A stretch of 64,000 nucleotides of DNA, taken from the NCBI GenBank assembly GCA_964016885.1, contig OZ024749.1:28520001-28584000 (forward strand), read 5' to 3'. The notes beneath the pieces are model-generated. The model was not told the origin of the DNA. It saw only the letters and a program-made list of their open reading frames with translations, and did not search any database. Made by a program: the position numbers and the translations under genes. Position 1 is the first letter of the stretch. Every line of letters starts with the position of its first letter. This document shows positions 1 to 15,500 of the stretch, piece by piece. The stretch is from Eledone cirrhosa. Taxonomy: Eukaryota.

Positions 1-308
1 CAATTCTATTTTATTTTAAATATTACATTATGACCAAGCACCAAGCATATATACAATTTGTTTGAAAAAGAAAATGGTGGTTTTGTGTAAAGGAAAGTAT
101 CGTAGCCTGCTGCGAGATTTCTATGAATTAAATATAAATACGTAGTGAAACGTAAGACATGGATTTCAAATCACGTGAAGAAATGGGAGATAAAAACTTA
201 ATATTAATATTCTAAATAGAAACACATTTTCTTTCCAAAGTATAATCGAATGTTGCCAGTGAAATAAATAAGTATTTCTCATAGATTGAATCTTTCTTCA
301 TATTTCAG

Positions 309-518
309 GAAACGTTCGATCTGTAGTTGTCTCATCAACATTAGATGTAACAGATTGTATGGTTAATAATCAACGTTATCGTCTTGGACGTGAATTTTCA
401 TTCACTGAAGGTTGTTTTGAATACCGTTGTATGTGTTACAATAATGGATCTTGGGTGTGTCCTTCATCTCAATCACGATATACCTGTCGTTTGGATCCAC
501 ATTCAGAAGAAACACCAG
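309..518 (+). CDS. Exon A1 (210 bp, one 6-Cys module)
   Basis: tttcag|GA...CCAG|gtaaat; [69 protein letters not shown]. Confidence 0.9.
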
Positions 519-3500
519 GTAAATATTTGAAATAAAGCTATTTGTGTCTTTATATATATTTGCGGCAAATAATCTTCCAACTACAATACATATTCTATAA
601 CCAATAAGAACCACTCTACATGAATTATATTTATCATCAAGACATAAATCTTCTGTTAATCTTTCTTACATCTGTAAACATTCATGTATTTATATCCTAC
701 AAAATGTCAATAAAATATGTTTGAAAGATCAGCTGTTAAAAAATTGGATTTGCTAGTGGTTACGGTGTAAGGTATGTGATTGCTGTAGACAAGTAACTGG
801 TATATGTTTTCTAATTCATTTTAGTGTCAAGCAAACAGTTCTTCGTGATCGTTAACTCAAATCCAAACACCTGTTTGGCAAATAATCAGGAATATCCATT
901 AGGACAACGATTTTCATTTGTTTTGGATTGTTTCCGATACAATTGTGACTGTTTCTACAATGGATCTTGGGAATGTCCTGCAGATAGATCAGAATTTGTG
1001 TGTAGAGATCCACCAGTACGAGTACCTCCAAGAAAACCAACCAATGACGGTAAAATATGTTCCAATATATTTGTATTGTTGAAATGTTCTTTCAATTGAA
1101 ACTACGTTGAGATCTTAATTTCATTGATGTCTCGAATTTATTCCCTTTTCAAAATGGTACGAAATTACGACATCTTATCTATTAGTATAGAATATGTGAG
1201 AGTTCGTGAAAGTATTAATAACTTGCGCGGAATTCATTAAATCTTATGTGAACCTAAAAATATAAACCCGAAATATTATTTCCTATGCCAAACTCTGAAA
1301 TAGATTCAATATATCTTTTTCGAAATATTTTAATAAAGTTTAGTATATTTATAAGGATTTGAACAGGCTATCATCAAATACAATTCTATTTTATTTTAAA
1401 TATTACATTATGACCAAGCACCAAGCATATATACAATTTGTTTGAAAAAGAAAATTGTGGTTTTGTGTAAAGGAAAGTAACGTAGCCTGCCGCGAGATTT
1501 CTATGAATTAAATATAAATACGTAGTGAAACGTAAGACATGGATTTCAAATCACGTGAAGAAATGGGAGATAAACACTTAATATTCTAAATTGAAACACA
1601 TTTTCTTTCCAAAGTATAATCGAATGTTGCCACTGAAATAAATAAGTATTTCTCATAGATTGAATCTTTCTTCATATTTCAGGAAACGTTCGATCTGTAG
1701 TTGTCTCATCAACATTAGATGTAACAGATTGTATGGTTAATAACAAACGTTATCGTCTTGGACGTGAATTTTCATTCACTGAAGGTTGTTTTGAATACCG
1801 TTGTATGTGTTACAATAATGGATCTTGGGTGTGTCCTTCATCTCAATCACGATATACCTGTCGTTTGGATACACATTCAGAAGAAACACCAGGTAAATAT
1901 TTGATATAAAGCTATTTGTCTCTTTATATATATTTGCGGCAAATAATCTTCCAACTACAATACAAATTATATAACCAATAAGAACCACTCTACATAAATT
2001 ATATTTATCATCAAGACTTAAGTCTTCTGTTAATCTTTGTAAAATCTGTAAACATTGTGAAATTATTCATGTATTTACAACCTACAAAATGTCAATAAAA
2101 TATGTTTGAAAGATCAGCTGTTAAAAAATTGGATTTGTTAGTGTTTACGGTGTAAGGTATGTGATTGCTGTAAACAAGTAACTGGTATATGTTTTCCAAT
2201 TCATTTTAGTGTCAAGCAAACAGTTCTTCGTGATCGTTAACTCAAATCCAAACACCTGTTTGGCAAATAATCAGGAATATCAATTAGGACAACAATTTTC
2301 ATTTGTTCTGGATTGTTTCCGATACAATTGTGACTGTTTCTACAATGGATCTTGGGAATGCCCTGCAGATAGATCAGAATTTGTGTGTAAAGATCCACCA
2401 GTACGAGTACCTCCAAGAAAACCAACCAATGACGGTAAAATATGTTCCAATATATTTGTATTGTTGAAATGTTCTTTCAATTGAAACTACGTTGAGATCT
2501 TAATTTCATTGATGTCTCGAATTTATTCCCTTTTCAAAATGGTACGAAATTACGACATCTTATCTATTAGTATAGAATATGTGAGAGTTCGTGAAAGTAT
2601 TAATACGTTGCACGGAATTCATTAAATCTTATGTGAACCTAAAAATATAAACCCGAAATATTATTTCCTATGCCAAACTCTGAAATAGATTCAAAATATA
2701 TTCTTCGAAATATTTTAATAAAGATTAGTATATTTATAAGGATTTGAACAGTTTATCATTAAATACAATTCTATTTTATTTTAAATATTACATTATGACC
2801 AAGCACCAAGCATATATACAATTTGTTTGAAAAAGAAAATGGTGGTTTTGTGTAAAGGAAAGTATCGTAGCCTGCCGCGAGATTTCTATGAATTAAATAT
2901 AAATACGTAGTGAAACGTAAGACATGGATTTCAAATCACGTGAAGAAATGGGAGATAAAAACTTAATATTAATATTCTAAATAGAAACACATTTTCTTTC
3001 CAAAGTATAATCGAATGTTGCCAGTGAAATAAATAAGTATTTCTCATAGATTGAATCTTTCTTCATATTTCAGGAAACGTTCGATCTGTAGTTGTCTCAT
3101 CAACATTAGATGTAACAGATTGTATGGTTAATAATCAACGTTATCGTCTTGGACGTGAATTTTCATTCACTGAAGGTTGTTTTGAATACCGTTGTATGTG
3201 TTACAATAATGGATCTTGGGTGTGTCCTTCATCTCAATCACGATATACCTGTCGTTTGGATCCACATTCAGAAGAAACACCAGGTAAATATTTGAAATAA
3301 AGCTATTTGTGTCTTTATATATATTTGCGGCAAATAATCTTCCAACTACAATACATATTCTATAACCAATAAGAACCACTCTACATGAATTATATTTATC
3401 ATCAAGACATAAATCTTCTGTTAATCTTTCTTACATCTGTAAACATTCATGTATTTATATCCTACAAAATGTCAATAAAATATGTTTGAAAGATCAGCTG

Positions 3501-6500
3501 TTAAAAAATTGGATTTGCTAGTGGTTACGGTGTAAGGTATGTGATTGCTGTAGACAAGTAACTGGTATATGTTTTCTAATTCATTTTAGTGTCAAGCAAA
3601 CAGTTCTTCGTGATCGTTAACTCAAATCCAAACACCTGTTTGGCAAATAATCAGGAATATCCATTAGGACAACGATTTTCATTTGTTTTGGATTGTTTCC
3701 GATACAATTGTGACTGTTTCTACAATGGATCTTGGGAATGTCCTGCAGATAGATCAGAATTTGTGTGTAGAGATCCACCAGTACGAGTACCTCCAAGAAA
3801 ACCAACCAATGACGGTAAAATATGTTCCAATATATTTGTATTGTTGAAATGTTCTTTCAATTGAAACTACGTTGAGATCTTAATTTCATTGATGTCTCGA
3901 ATTTATTCCCTTTTCAAAATGGTACGAAATTACGACATCTTATCTATTAGTATAGAATATGTGAGAGTTCGTGAAAGTATTAATAACTTGCGCGGAATTC
4001 ATTAAATCTTATGTGAACCTAAAAATATAAACCCGAAATATTATTTCCTATGCCAAACTCTGAAATAGATTCAATATATCTTTTTCGAAATATTTTAATA
4101 AAGTTTAGTATATTTATAAGGATTTGAACAGGCTATCATCAAATACAATTCTATTTTATTTTAAATATTACATTATGACCAAGCACCAAGCATATATACA
4201 ATTTGTTTGAAAAAGAAAATTGTGGTTTTGTGTAAAGGAAAGTAACGTAGCCTGCCGCGAGATTTCTATGAATTAAATATAAATACGTAGTGAAACGTAA
4301 GACATGGATTTCAAATCACGTGAAGAAATGGGAGATAAACACTTAATATTCTAAATTGAAACACATTTTCTTTCCAAAGTATAATCGAATGTTGCCACTG
4401 AAATAAATAAGTATTTCTCATAGATTGAATCTTTCTTCATATTTCAGGAAACGTTCGATCTGTAGTTGTCTCATCAACATTAGATGTAACAGATTGTATG
4501 GTTAATAACAAACGTTATCGTCTTGGACGTGAATTTTCATTCACTGAAGGTTGTTTTGAATACCGTTGTATGTGTTACAATAATGGATCTTGGGTGTGTC
4601 CTTCATCTCAATCACGATATACCTGTCGTTTGGATACACATTCAGAAGAAACACCAGGTAAATATTTGATATAAAGCTATTTGTCTCTTTATATATATTT
4701 GCGGCAAATAATCTTCCAACTACAATACAAATTATATAACCAATAAGAACCACTCTACATAAATTATATTTATCATCAAGACTTAAGTCTTCTGTTAATC
4801 TTTGTAAAATCTGTAAACATTGTGAAATTATTCATGTATTTACAACCTACAAAATGTCAATAAAATATGTTTGAAAGATCAGCTGTTAAAAAATTGGATT
4901 TGTTAGTGTTTACGGTGTAAGGTATGTGATTGCTGTAAACAAGTAACTGGTATATGTTTTCCAATTCATTTTAGTGTCAAGCAAACAGTTCTTCGTGATC
5001 GTTAACTCAAATCCAAACACCTGTTTGGCAAATAATCAGGAATATCAATTAGGACAACAATTTTCATTTGTTCTGGATTGTTTCCGATACAATTGTGACT
5101 GTTTCTACAATGGATCTTGGGAATGCCCTGCAGATAGATCAGAATTTGTGTGTAAAGATCCACCAGTACGAGTACCTCCAAGAAAACCAACCAATGACGG
5201 TAAAATATGTTCCAATATATTTGTATTGTTGAAATGTTCTTTCAATTGAAACTACGTTGAGATCTTAATTTCATTGATGTCTCGAATTTATTCCCTTTTC
5301 AAAATGGTACGAAATTACGACATCTTATCTATTAGTATAGAATATGTGAGAGTTCGTGAAAGTATTAATACGTTGCACGGAATTCATTAAATCTTATGTG
5401 AACCTAAAAATATAAACCCGAAATATTATTTCCTATGCCAAACTCTGAAATAGATTCAAAATATATTCTTCGAAATATTTTAATAAAGATTAGTATATTT
5501 ATAAGGATTTGAACAGTTTATCATTAAATACAATTCTATTTTATTTTAAATATTACATTATGACCAAGCACCAAGCATATATACAATTTGTTTGAAAAAG
5601 AAAATGGTGGTTTTGTGTAAAGGAAAGTATCGTAGCCTGCCGCGAGATTTCTATGAATTAAATATAAATACGTAGTGAAACGTAAGACATGGATTTCAAA
5701 TCACGTGAAGAAATGGGAGATAAAAACTTAATATTAATATTCTAAATAGAAACACATTTTCTTTCCAAAGTATAATCGAATGTTGCCAGTGAAATAAATA
5801 AGTATTTCTCATAGATTGAATCTTTCTTCATATTTCAGGAAACGTTCGATCTGTAGTTGTCTCATCAACATTAGATGTAACAGATTGTATGGTTAATAAT
5901 CAACGTTATCGTCTTGGACGTGAATTTTCATTCACTGAAGGTTGTTTTGAATACCGTTGTATGTGTTACAATAATGGATCTTGGGTGTGTCCTTCATCTC
6001 AATCACGATATACCTGTCGTTTGGATCCACATTCAGAAGAAACACCAGGTAAATATTTGAAATAAAGCTATTTGTGTCTTTATATATATTTGCGGCAAAT
6101 AATCTTCCAACTACAATACATATTCTATAACCAATAAGAACCACTCTACATGAATTATATTTATCATCAAGACATAAATCTTCTGTTAATCTTTCTTACA
6201 TCTGTAAACATTCATGTATTTATATCCTACAAAATGTCAATAAAATATGTTTGAAAGATCAGCTGTTAAAAAATTGGATTTGCTAGTGGTTACGGTGTAA
6301 GGTATGTGATTGCTGTAGACAAGTAACTGGTATATGTTTTCTAATTCATTTTAGTGTCAAGCAAACAGTTCTTCGTGATCGTTAACTCAAATCCAAACAC
6401 CTGTTTGGCAAATAATCAGGAATATCCATTAGGACAACGATTTTCATTTGTTTTGGATTGTTTCCGATACAATTGTGACTGTTTCTACAATGGATCTTGG

Positions 6501-9500
6501 GAATGTCCTGCAGATAGATCAGAATTTGTGTGTAGAGATCCACCAGTACGAGTACCTCCAAGAAAACCAACCAATGACGGTAAAATATGTTCCAATATAT
6601 TTGTATTGTTGAAATGTTCTTTCAATTGAAACTACGTTGAGCTCTTAATTTCATTGATGTCTCGAATTTATTCCCTTTTCAAAATGGTACGAAATTACGA
6701 CATCTTACCTATTAGTATAGAATATGTGAGAGTTCGTGAAAGTATTAATAACTTGCGCGGAATTCATTAAATCTTATGTGAACCTAAAAATATAAACCCG
6801 AAATATTATTTCCTATGCCAAACTCTGAAATAGATTCAATATATCTTTTTCGAAATATTTTAATAAAGTTTAGTATATTTATAAGGATTTGAACAGGCTA
6901 TCATCAAATACATTTCTATTTTATTTTAAATATTACATTATGACCAAGCACCAAGCATATATACAATTTGTTTGAAAAAGAAAATTGTGGTTTTGTGTAA
7001 AGGAAAGTAACGTAGCCTGCCGCGAGATTTCTATGAATTAAATATAAATACGTAGTGAAACGTAAGACATGGATTTCAAATCACGTGAAGAAATGGGAGA
7101 TAAACACTTAATATTAATATTCTAAATTGAAACACATTTTCTTTCCAAAGTATAATCGAATGTTGCCAGTGAAATAAATAAGTATTTCTCATAGATTGAA
7201 TCTTTCTTCATATTTCAGGAAACGTTCGATCTGTAGTTGTCTCATCAACATTAGATGTAACAGATTGTATGGTTAATAACAAACGTTATCGTCTTGGACG
7301 TGAATTTTCATTCACTGAAGGTTGTTTTGAATACCATTGTATGTGTTACAATAATGGATCTTGGGTGTGTCCTTCATCTCAATCACGATATACCTGTCGT
7401 TTGGATACACATTCAGAAGAAACACCAGGTAAATATTTGATATAAAGCTATTTGTCTCTTTATATATATTTGCGGCAAATAATCTTCCAACTACAATACA
7501 AATTATATAACCAATAAGAACCACTCTACATAAATTATATTTATCATCAAGACTTAAGTCTTCTGTTAATCTTTGTAAAATCTGTAAACATTGTGAAATT
7601 ATTCATGTATTTACAACCTACAAAATGTCAATAAAATATGTTTGAAAGATCAGCTGTTAAAAAATTGGATTTGTTAGTGTTTACGGTGTAAGGTATGTGA
7701 TTGCTGTAAACAAGTAACTGGTATATGTTTTCCAATTCATTTTAGTGTCAAGCAAACAGTTCTTCGTGATCGTTAACTCAAATCCAAACACCTGTTTGGC
7801 AAATAATCAGGAATATCCATTAGGACAACGATTTTCATTTGTTCTGGATTGTTTCCGATACAATTGTGACTGTTTCTACAATGGATCTTGGGAATGCCCT
7901 GCAGATAGATCAGAATTTGTGTGTAAAGATCCACCAGTACGAGTACCTCCAAGAAAACCAACCAATGACGGTAAAATATGTTCCAATATATTTGTATTGT
8001 TGAAATGTTCTTTCAATTGAAACTACGTTGAGATCTTAATTTCATTGATGTCTCGAATTTATTCCCTTTTCAAAATGGTACGAAATTACGACATCTTATC
8101 TATTAGTATAGAATATGTGAGAGTTCGTGAAAGTATTAATACGTAGCACGGAATTCATTAAATCTTATGTGAACCTAAAAATATGAACCCGAAATGTTAT
8201 TTCCTATGCCAAACTCTGAAATAGATTCAAAATATATTCTTCGAAATATTTTAATAAAGATTAGTATATTTATAAGGATTTGAACAGTTTATCATTAAAT
8301 ACAATTCTATTTTATTTTAAATATTACATTATGACCAAGCACCAAGCATATATACAATTTGTTTGAAAAAGAAAATGGTGGTTTTGTGTAAAGGAAAGTA
8401 TCGTAGCCTGCTGCGAGATTTCTATGAATTAAATATAAATACGTAGTGAAACGTAAGACATGGATTTCAAATCACGTGAAGAAATGGGAGATAAAAACTT
8501 AATATTAATATTCTAAATAGAAACACATTTTCTTTCCAAAGTATAATCGAATGTTGCCAGTGAAATAAATAAGTATTTCTCATAGATTGAATCTTTCTTC
8601 ATATTTCAGGAAACGTTCGATCTGTAGTTGTCTCATCAACATTAGATGTAACAGATTGTATGGTTAATAATCAACGTTATCGTCTTGGACGTGAATTTTC
8701 ATTCACTGAAGGTTGTTTTGAATACCGTTGTATGTGTTACAATAATGGATCTTGGGTGTGTCCTTCATCTCAATCACGATATACCTGTCGTTTGGATCCA
8801 CATTCAGAAGAAACACCAGGTAAATATTTGAAATAAAGCTATTTGTGTCTTTATATATATTTGCGGCAAATAATCTTCCAACTACAATACATATTCTATA
8901 ACCAATAAGAACCACTCTACATGAATTATATTTATCATCAAGACATAAATCTTCTGTTAATCTTTCTTACATCTGTAAACATTCATGTATTTATATCCTA
9001 CAAAATGTCAATAAAATATGTTTGAAAGATCAGCTGTTAAAAAATTGGATTTGCTAGTGGTTACGGTGTAAGGTATGTGATTGCTGTAGACAAGTAACTG
9101 GTATATGTTTTCTAATTCATTTTAGTGTCAAGCAAACAGTTCTTCGTGATCGTTAACTCAAATCCAAACACCTGTTTGGCAAATAATCAGGAATATCCAT
9201 TAGGACAACGATTTTCATTTGTTTTGGATTGTTTCCGATACAATTGTGACTGTTTCTACAATGGATCTTGGGAATGTCCTGCAGATAGATCAGAATTTGT
9301 GTGTAGAGATCCACCAGTACGAGTACCTCCAAGAAAACCAACCAATGACGGTAAAATATGTTCCAATATATTTGTATTGTTGAAATGTTCTTTCAATTGA
9401 AACTACGTTGAGATCTTAATTTCATTGATGTCTCGAATTTATTCCCTTTTCAAAATGGTACGAAATTACGACATCTTATCTATTAGTATAGAATATGTGA

Positions 9501-12500
9501 GAGTTCGTGAAAGTATTAATAACTTGCGCGGAATTCATTAAATCTTATGTGAACCTAAAAATATAAACCCGAAATATTATTTCCTATGCCAAACTCTGAA
9601 ATAGATTCAATATATCTTTTTCGAAATATTTTAATAAAGTTTAGTATATTTATAAGGATTTGAACAGGCTATCATCAAATACAATTCTATTTTATTTTAA
9701 ATATTACATTATGACCAAGCACCAAGCATATATACAATTTGTTTGAAAAAGAAAATTGTGGTTTTGTGTAAAGGAAAGTAACGTAGCCTGCCGCGAGATT
9801 TCTATGAATTAAATATAAATACGTAGTGAAACGTAAGACATGGATTTCAAATCACGTGAAGAAATGGGAGATAAACACTTAATATTAATATTCTAAATTG
9901 AAACACATTTTCTTTCCAAAGTATAATCGAATGTTGCCAGTGAAATAAATAAGTATTTCTCATAGATTGAATCTTTCTTCATATTTCAGGAAACGTTCGA
10001 TCTGTAGTTGTCTCATCAACATTAGATGTAACAGATTGTATGGTTAATAACAAACGTTATCGTCTTGGACGTGAATTTTCATTCACTGAAGGTTGTTTTG
10101 AATACCGTTGTATGTGTTACAATAATGGATCTTGGGTGTGTCCTTCATCTCAATCACGATATACCTGTCGTTTGGATACACATTCAGAAGAAACACCAGG
10201 TAAATATTTGATATAAAGCTATTTGTCTCTTTATATATATTTGCGGCAAATAATCTTCCAACAACAATACAAATTATATAACCAATAAGAACCACTCTAC
10301 ATAAATTATATTTATCATCAAGACTTAAGTCTTCTGTTAATCTTTGTAAAATCTGTAAACATTGTGAAATTATTCATGTATTTACAACCGACAAAATGTC
10401 AATAAAATATGTTTGAAAGATCAGCTGTTAAAAAATTGGATTTGTTAGTGTTTACGGTGTAAGGTATGTGATTGCTGTAAACAAGTAACTGGTATATGTT
10501 TTCCAATTCATTTTAGTGTCAAGCAAACAGTTCTTCGTGATCGTTAACTCAAATCCAAACACCTGTTTGGCAAATAATCAGGAATATCCATTAGGACAAC
10601 GATTTTCATTTGTTCTGGATTGTTTCCGATACAATTGTGACTGTTTCTACAATGGATCTTGGGAATGCCCTGCAGATAGATCAGAATTTGTGTGTAAAGA
10701 TCCACCAGTACGAGTACCTCCAAGAAAACCAACCAATGACGGTAAAATATGTTCCAATATATTTGTATTGTTGAAATGTTCTTTCAATTGAAACTACGTT
10801 GAGATCTTAATTTCATTGATGTCTCGAATTTATTCCCTTTTCAAAATGGTACGAAATTACGACATCTTATCTATTAGTATAGAATATGTGAGAGTTCGTG
10901 AAAGTATTAATACCTTGCACGGAATACATTAAATCTTATGTGAACCCAAAAATATAAACCCGAAATATTATTTCCTATGCCAAACTCTAAAATAGATTCA
11001 ATATATCTTCGAAATATTTTAATAAAGTTTAGTATATTTATAAAGATTTGAACAGGCTATCATCAAATACAATTCTATTTTATTTTAAATATTACATTAT
11101 GACCAAGCACCAAGCATATATACAATTTGTTTGAAAAAGAAAATGGTGGTTTTGTGTAAAGGAAAGTAACGTGGCCTGCCGGAAGATTTCTATAAATTAA
11201 ATATAAATACGTAGTGAAACGTAAGACATGGATTTCAAATCACGTGAAGAAATGGGAGATAAAAACTTAATATTAATATTCTAAATAGAAACACATTTTC
11301 TTTCCAAAGTATAATCGAATGTTGCCAGTGAAATAAATAAGTATTTCTCATAGATTGAATCTTTCTTCATATTTCAGGAAACGTTCGATCTGTAGTTGTC
11401 TCATCAACATTAGATGTAACAGATTGTATGGTTAATAATCAACGTTATCGTCTTGGACGTGAATTTTCATTCACTGAAGGTTGTTTTGAATACCGTTGTA
11501 TGTGTTACAATAATGGATCTTGGGTGTGTCCTTCATCTCAATCACGATATACCTGTCGTTTGGATCCACATTCAGAAGAAACACCAGGTAAATATTTGAA
11601 ATAAAGCTATTTGTGTCTTTATATATATTTGCGGCAAATAATCTTCCAACTACAATACATATTCTATGACCAATAAGAACCACTCTACATGAATTATATT
11701 TATCATCAAGACATAAATCTTCTGTTAATCTTTCTTACATCTGTAAACATTCATGTATTTATATCCTACAAAATGTCAATAAAATATGTTTGAAAGATCA
11801 GCTGTTAAAAAATTGGATTTGTTAGTGTTTACGGTGTAAGGTATGTGATTGCTGTAGACAAGTAACTGGTATATGTTTTCCAATTCATTTTAGTGTCAAG
11901 CAAACAGTTCTTCGTGATCGTTAACTCAAATCCAAACACCTGTTTGGCAAATAATCAGGAATATCCATTAGGACAACGATTTTCATTTGTTTTGGATTGT
12001 TTCCGATACAATTGTGACTGTTTCTACAATGGATCTTGGGAATGCCCTGCAGATAGATCAGAATTTGTGTGTAGAGATCCACCAGTACGAGTACCTCCAA
12101 GAAAACCAACCAATGACGGTAAAATATGTTCCAATATATTTGTATTGTTGAAATGTTCTTTCAATTGAAACTACGTTGAGATCTTAATTTCATTGATGTC
12201 TCGAATTTATTCCCTTTTCAAAATGGTACGAAATTACGACATCTTATCTATTAGTATAGAATATGTGAGAGTTGGTGAAAGTATTAATACGTTGCACGGA
12301 ATTCATTAAATCTTATGTGAACCTAAAAATATAAACCCGAAATATTATTTCCTATGCCAAACTCTGAAATAGATTCAATATATCTTCTTCGAAATATTTT
12401 AATAAAGAATAGTATATTTATAAAGATTTGAACAGGCTATCATCAAATACAATTCTATTTTATTTTAAATATTACATTATGACCAAGCACCAAGTATATA

Positions 12501-15500
12501 TACAATTTCTTTGAAAAAGAAAATGGTGGTTTTGTGTAAAGGAAAGTATCGTAGCCTGCCGCGAGATTTCTATGAATTAAATATAAATACGTAGTGAAAC
12601 GTAAGACATGGATTTCAAATCACGTGAAGAAATGGGAGATAAAAACTTAATATTAATATTCTAAATAGAAACACATTTTCTTTCCAAAGTATAATCGAAT
12701 GTTGCCAGTGAAATAAATAAGTATTTCTCATAGATTGAATCTTTCTTCATATTTCAGGAAACGTTCGATCTGTAGTTGTCTCATCAACATTAGATGTAAC
12801 AGATTGTATGGTTAATAATCAACGTTATCGTCTTGGACGTGAATTTTCATTCACTGAAGGTTGTTTTGAATACCGTTGTATGTGTTACAATAATGGATCT
12901 TGGGTGTGTCCTTCATCTCAATCACGATATACCTGTCGTTTGGATCCACATTCAGAAGAAACACCAGGTAAATATTTGAAATAAAGCTATTTGTGTCTTT
13001 ATATATATTTGCGGCAAATAATCTTCCAACTACAATACATATTCTATAACCAATAAGAACCACTCTACATAAATTATATTTAACATCAAGACATAAGTCT
13101 TCTGTTAATGCTTCTGAAATCTGTAAACATTGTGAAATTATTCATGTATTTATATCCTACAAAATATCAATAAAATATGTTTGAAAGATCAGCTGTTAAA
13201 AAATTGGATTTGTTAGTGTTTACGGTGTAAGGTATGTGATTGCTGTAGACAAGTAACTGGTATATGTTTTCCAATTCATTTTAGTGTCAAGCAAACAGTT
13301 CTTCGTGATCGTTAACTCAAATCCAAACACCTGTTTGGCAAATAATCAGGAATATCCATTAGGACAACGATTTTCATTTGTTCTGGATTGTTTCCGATAC
13401 AATTGTGACTGTTTCTACAATGGATCTTGGGAATGCCCTGCAGATAGATCAGAATTTGTGTGTAAAGATCCACCAGTACGAGTACCTCCAACAAAACCAA
13501 CCTATGACGGTAAAATATGTTCCAATATATTTGTATTGTTGAAATGTTCTTTCAATTGAAACTACGTTGAGATCTTAATTTCATTGATGTCTCGAATTTA
13601 TTCCCTTTTCAAAATGGTACGAAATTACGACATGTTATCTATTAGTATAGAATATGTGAGAGTTCGTGAAAGTATTAATACGTTGCACGGAATTCATTAA
13701 ATCTTATGTGAACCTAAAAATATAAACCCGAAATATTATTTCCTATGCCAAACTCTGAAATAGATTCAATATATCTTTTTCGAAATATTTTAATAAAGTT
13801 TAGTATATTTATAAGGATTTGAACAGGCTATCATCAAATACAATTCTATTTTATTTTAAATATTACATTATGACCAAGCACCAAGCATATATACAATTTG
13901 TTTGAAAAAGAAAATGGTGGTTTTGTGTAAAGGAAAGTAACGTAGCCTGCCGCGAGATTTCTATGAATTAAATATAAATACGTAGTGAAACGTAAGACAT
14001 GGATTTCAAATCACGTGAAGAAATGGGAGATAAACACTTAATATTAATATTCTAAATTGAAACACATTTTCTTTCCAAAGTATAATCGAATGTTGCCAGT
14101 GAAATAAATAAGTATTTCTCATAGATTGAATCTTTCTTCATATTTCAGGAAACGTTCGATCTGTAGTTGTCTCATCAACATTAGATGTAACAGATTGTAT
14201 GGTTAATAATCAACGTTATCGTCTTGGACGTGAATTTTCATTCACTGAAGGTTGTTTTGAATACCGTTGTATGTGTTACGATAATGGATCTTGGGTGTGT
14301 CCTTCATCTCAATCACGATATACCTGTCGTTTGGATCCACATTCAGAAGAAACACCAGGTAAATATTTGAAATAAAGCTATTTGTGTCTTTATATATATT
14401 TGCGGCAAATAATCTTCCAACGACAATACATATCATATAACCAATAAGAACCACTCTACATAAATTATATTTATCATCAAGACGTAAATCTTCTGTTAAT
14501 CTTTCTAACATCTGTAAACATTCATGTATTTATATCCTAGAAAATGTCAATAAAATATGTTTGAAAGAGCAGCTGTTAAAAAATTGGATTTGTGAGTATT
14601 TACTGTGTAAGGTATGTGATTGCTGTAGACAAGTAACTGGTATATGTTTTCTAATTAATTTTAGTGTCAAGCAAACAGTTCTTCGTGATCGTTAACTCAA
14701 ATCCAAACACCTGTTTGGCAAATAATCATGAATATCCATTTGGACAACGATTTTCATTTGTTCTGGATTGTTTCCGATACAATTGTGACTGTTTCTACAA
14801 TGGATCTTGGGAATGCCCTGCAGATAGATCAGAATTTGTGTGTAAAGATCCACCAGTACGAGTACCTCCAACAAAACCAACCTATGACGGTAAAATATGT
14901 TCCAATATATTTGTATTGTTGAAATGTTCTTTCAATTGAAACTACGTTGATATCTTAATTTCATTGATGTCTCGAATTTATTCCCTTTTCAAAATGGTAC
15001 GAAATTACGACATCTTATCTATTAGTATAGAATATGTGAGAATTCTTGAAAGTATTAATACGTTGCACGGAATTCATTAAATCTTATGTGAACCTAAAAA
15101 TATAAACCCGAAATATTATTTCCTATGCCAAACTCTGAAATAGATTCAATATATCTTCTTCGAAATATTTTAATAAAAATTAGTATATTTATAAGGATTT
15201 GAACAGGCTATCATCAAATACAATTCTATTTCATTTAAAATATTACATTATGACCAAGCACCAAGTATATATACAATTTGTTTGAAAAAGAAAATGGTGG
15301 TTTTGTGTAAAGGAAAGTAAGGTAGCCTGCAGGGAGATTTCTATAAATTAAATATAATTACGTAGTGAAACCTAAGAGATGTATTTCAAATTACGTGAAG
15401 AAATGGGAGATAAAAACTTAATATTAATATTCTAAATTGAAACACATTTTCTTCCAAAGTATAATCGAATGTTGCCAGTGAAATAAATAAGTATTTCTCA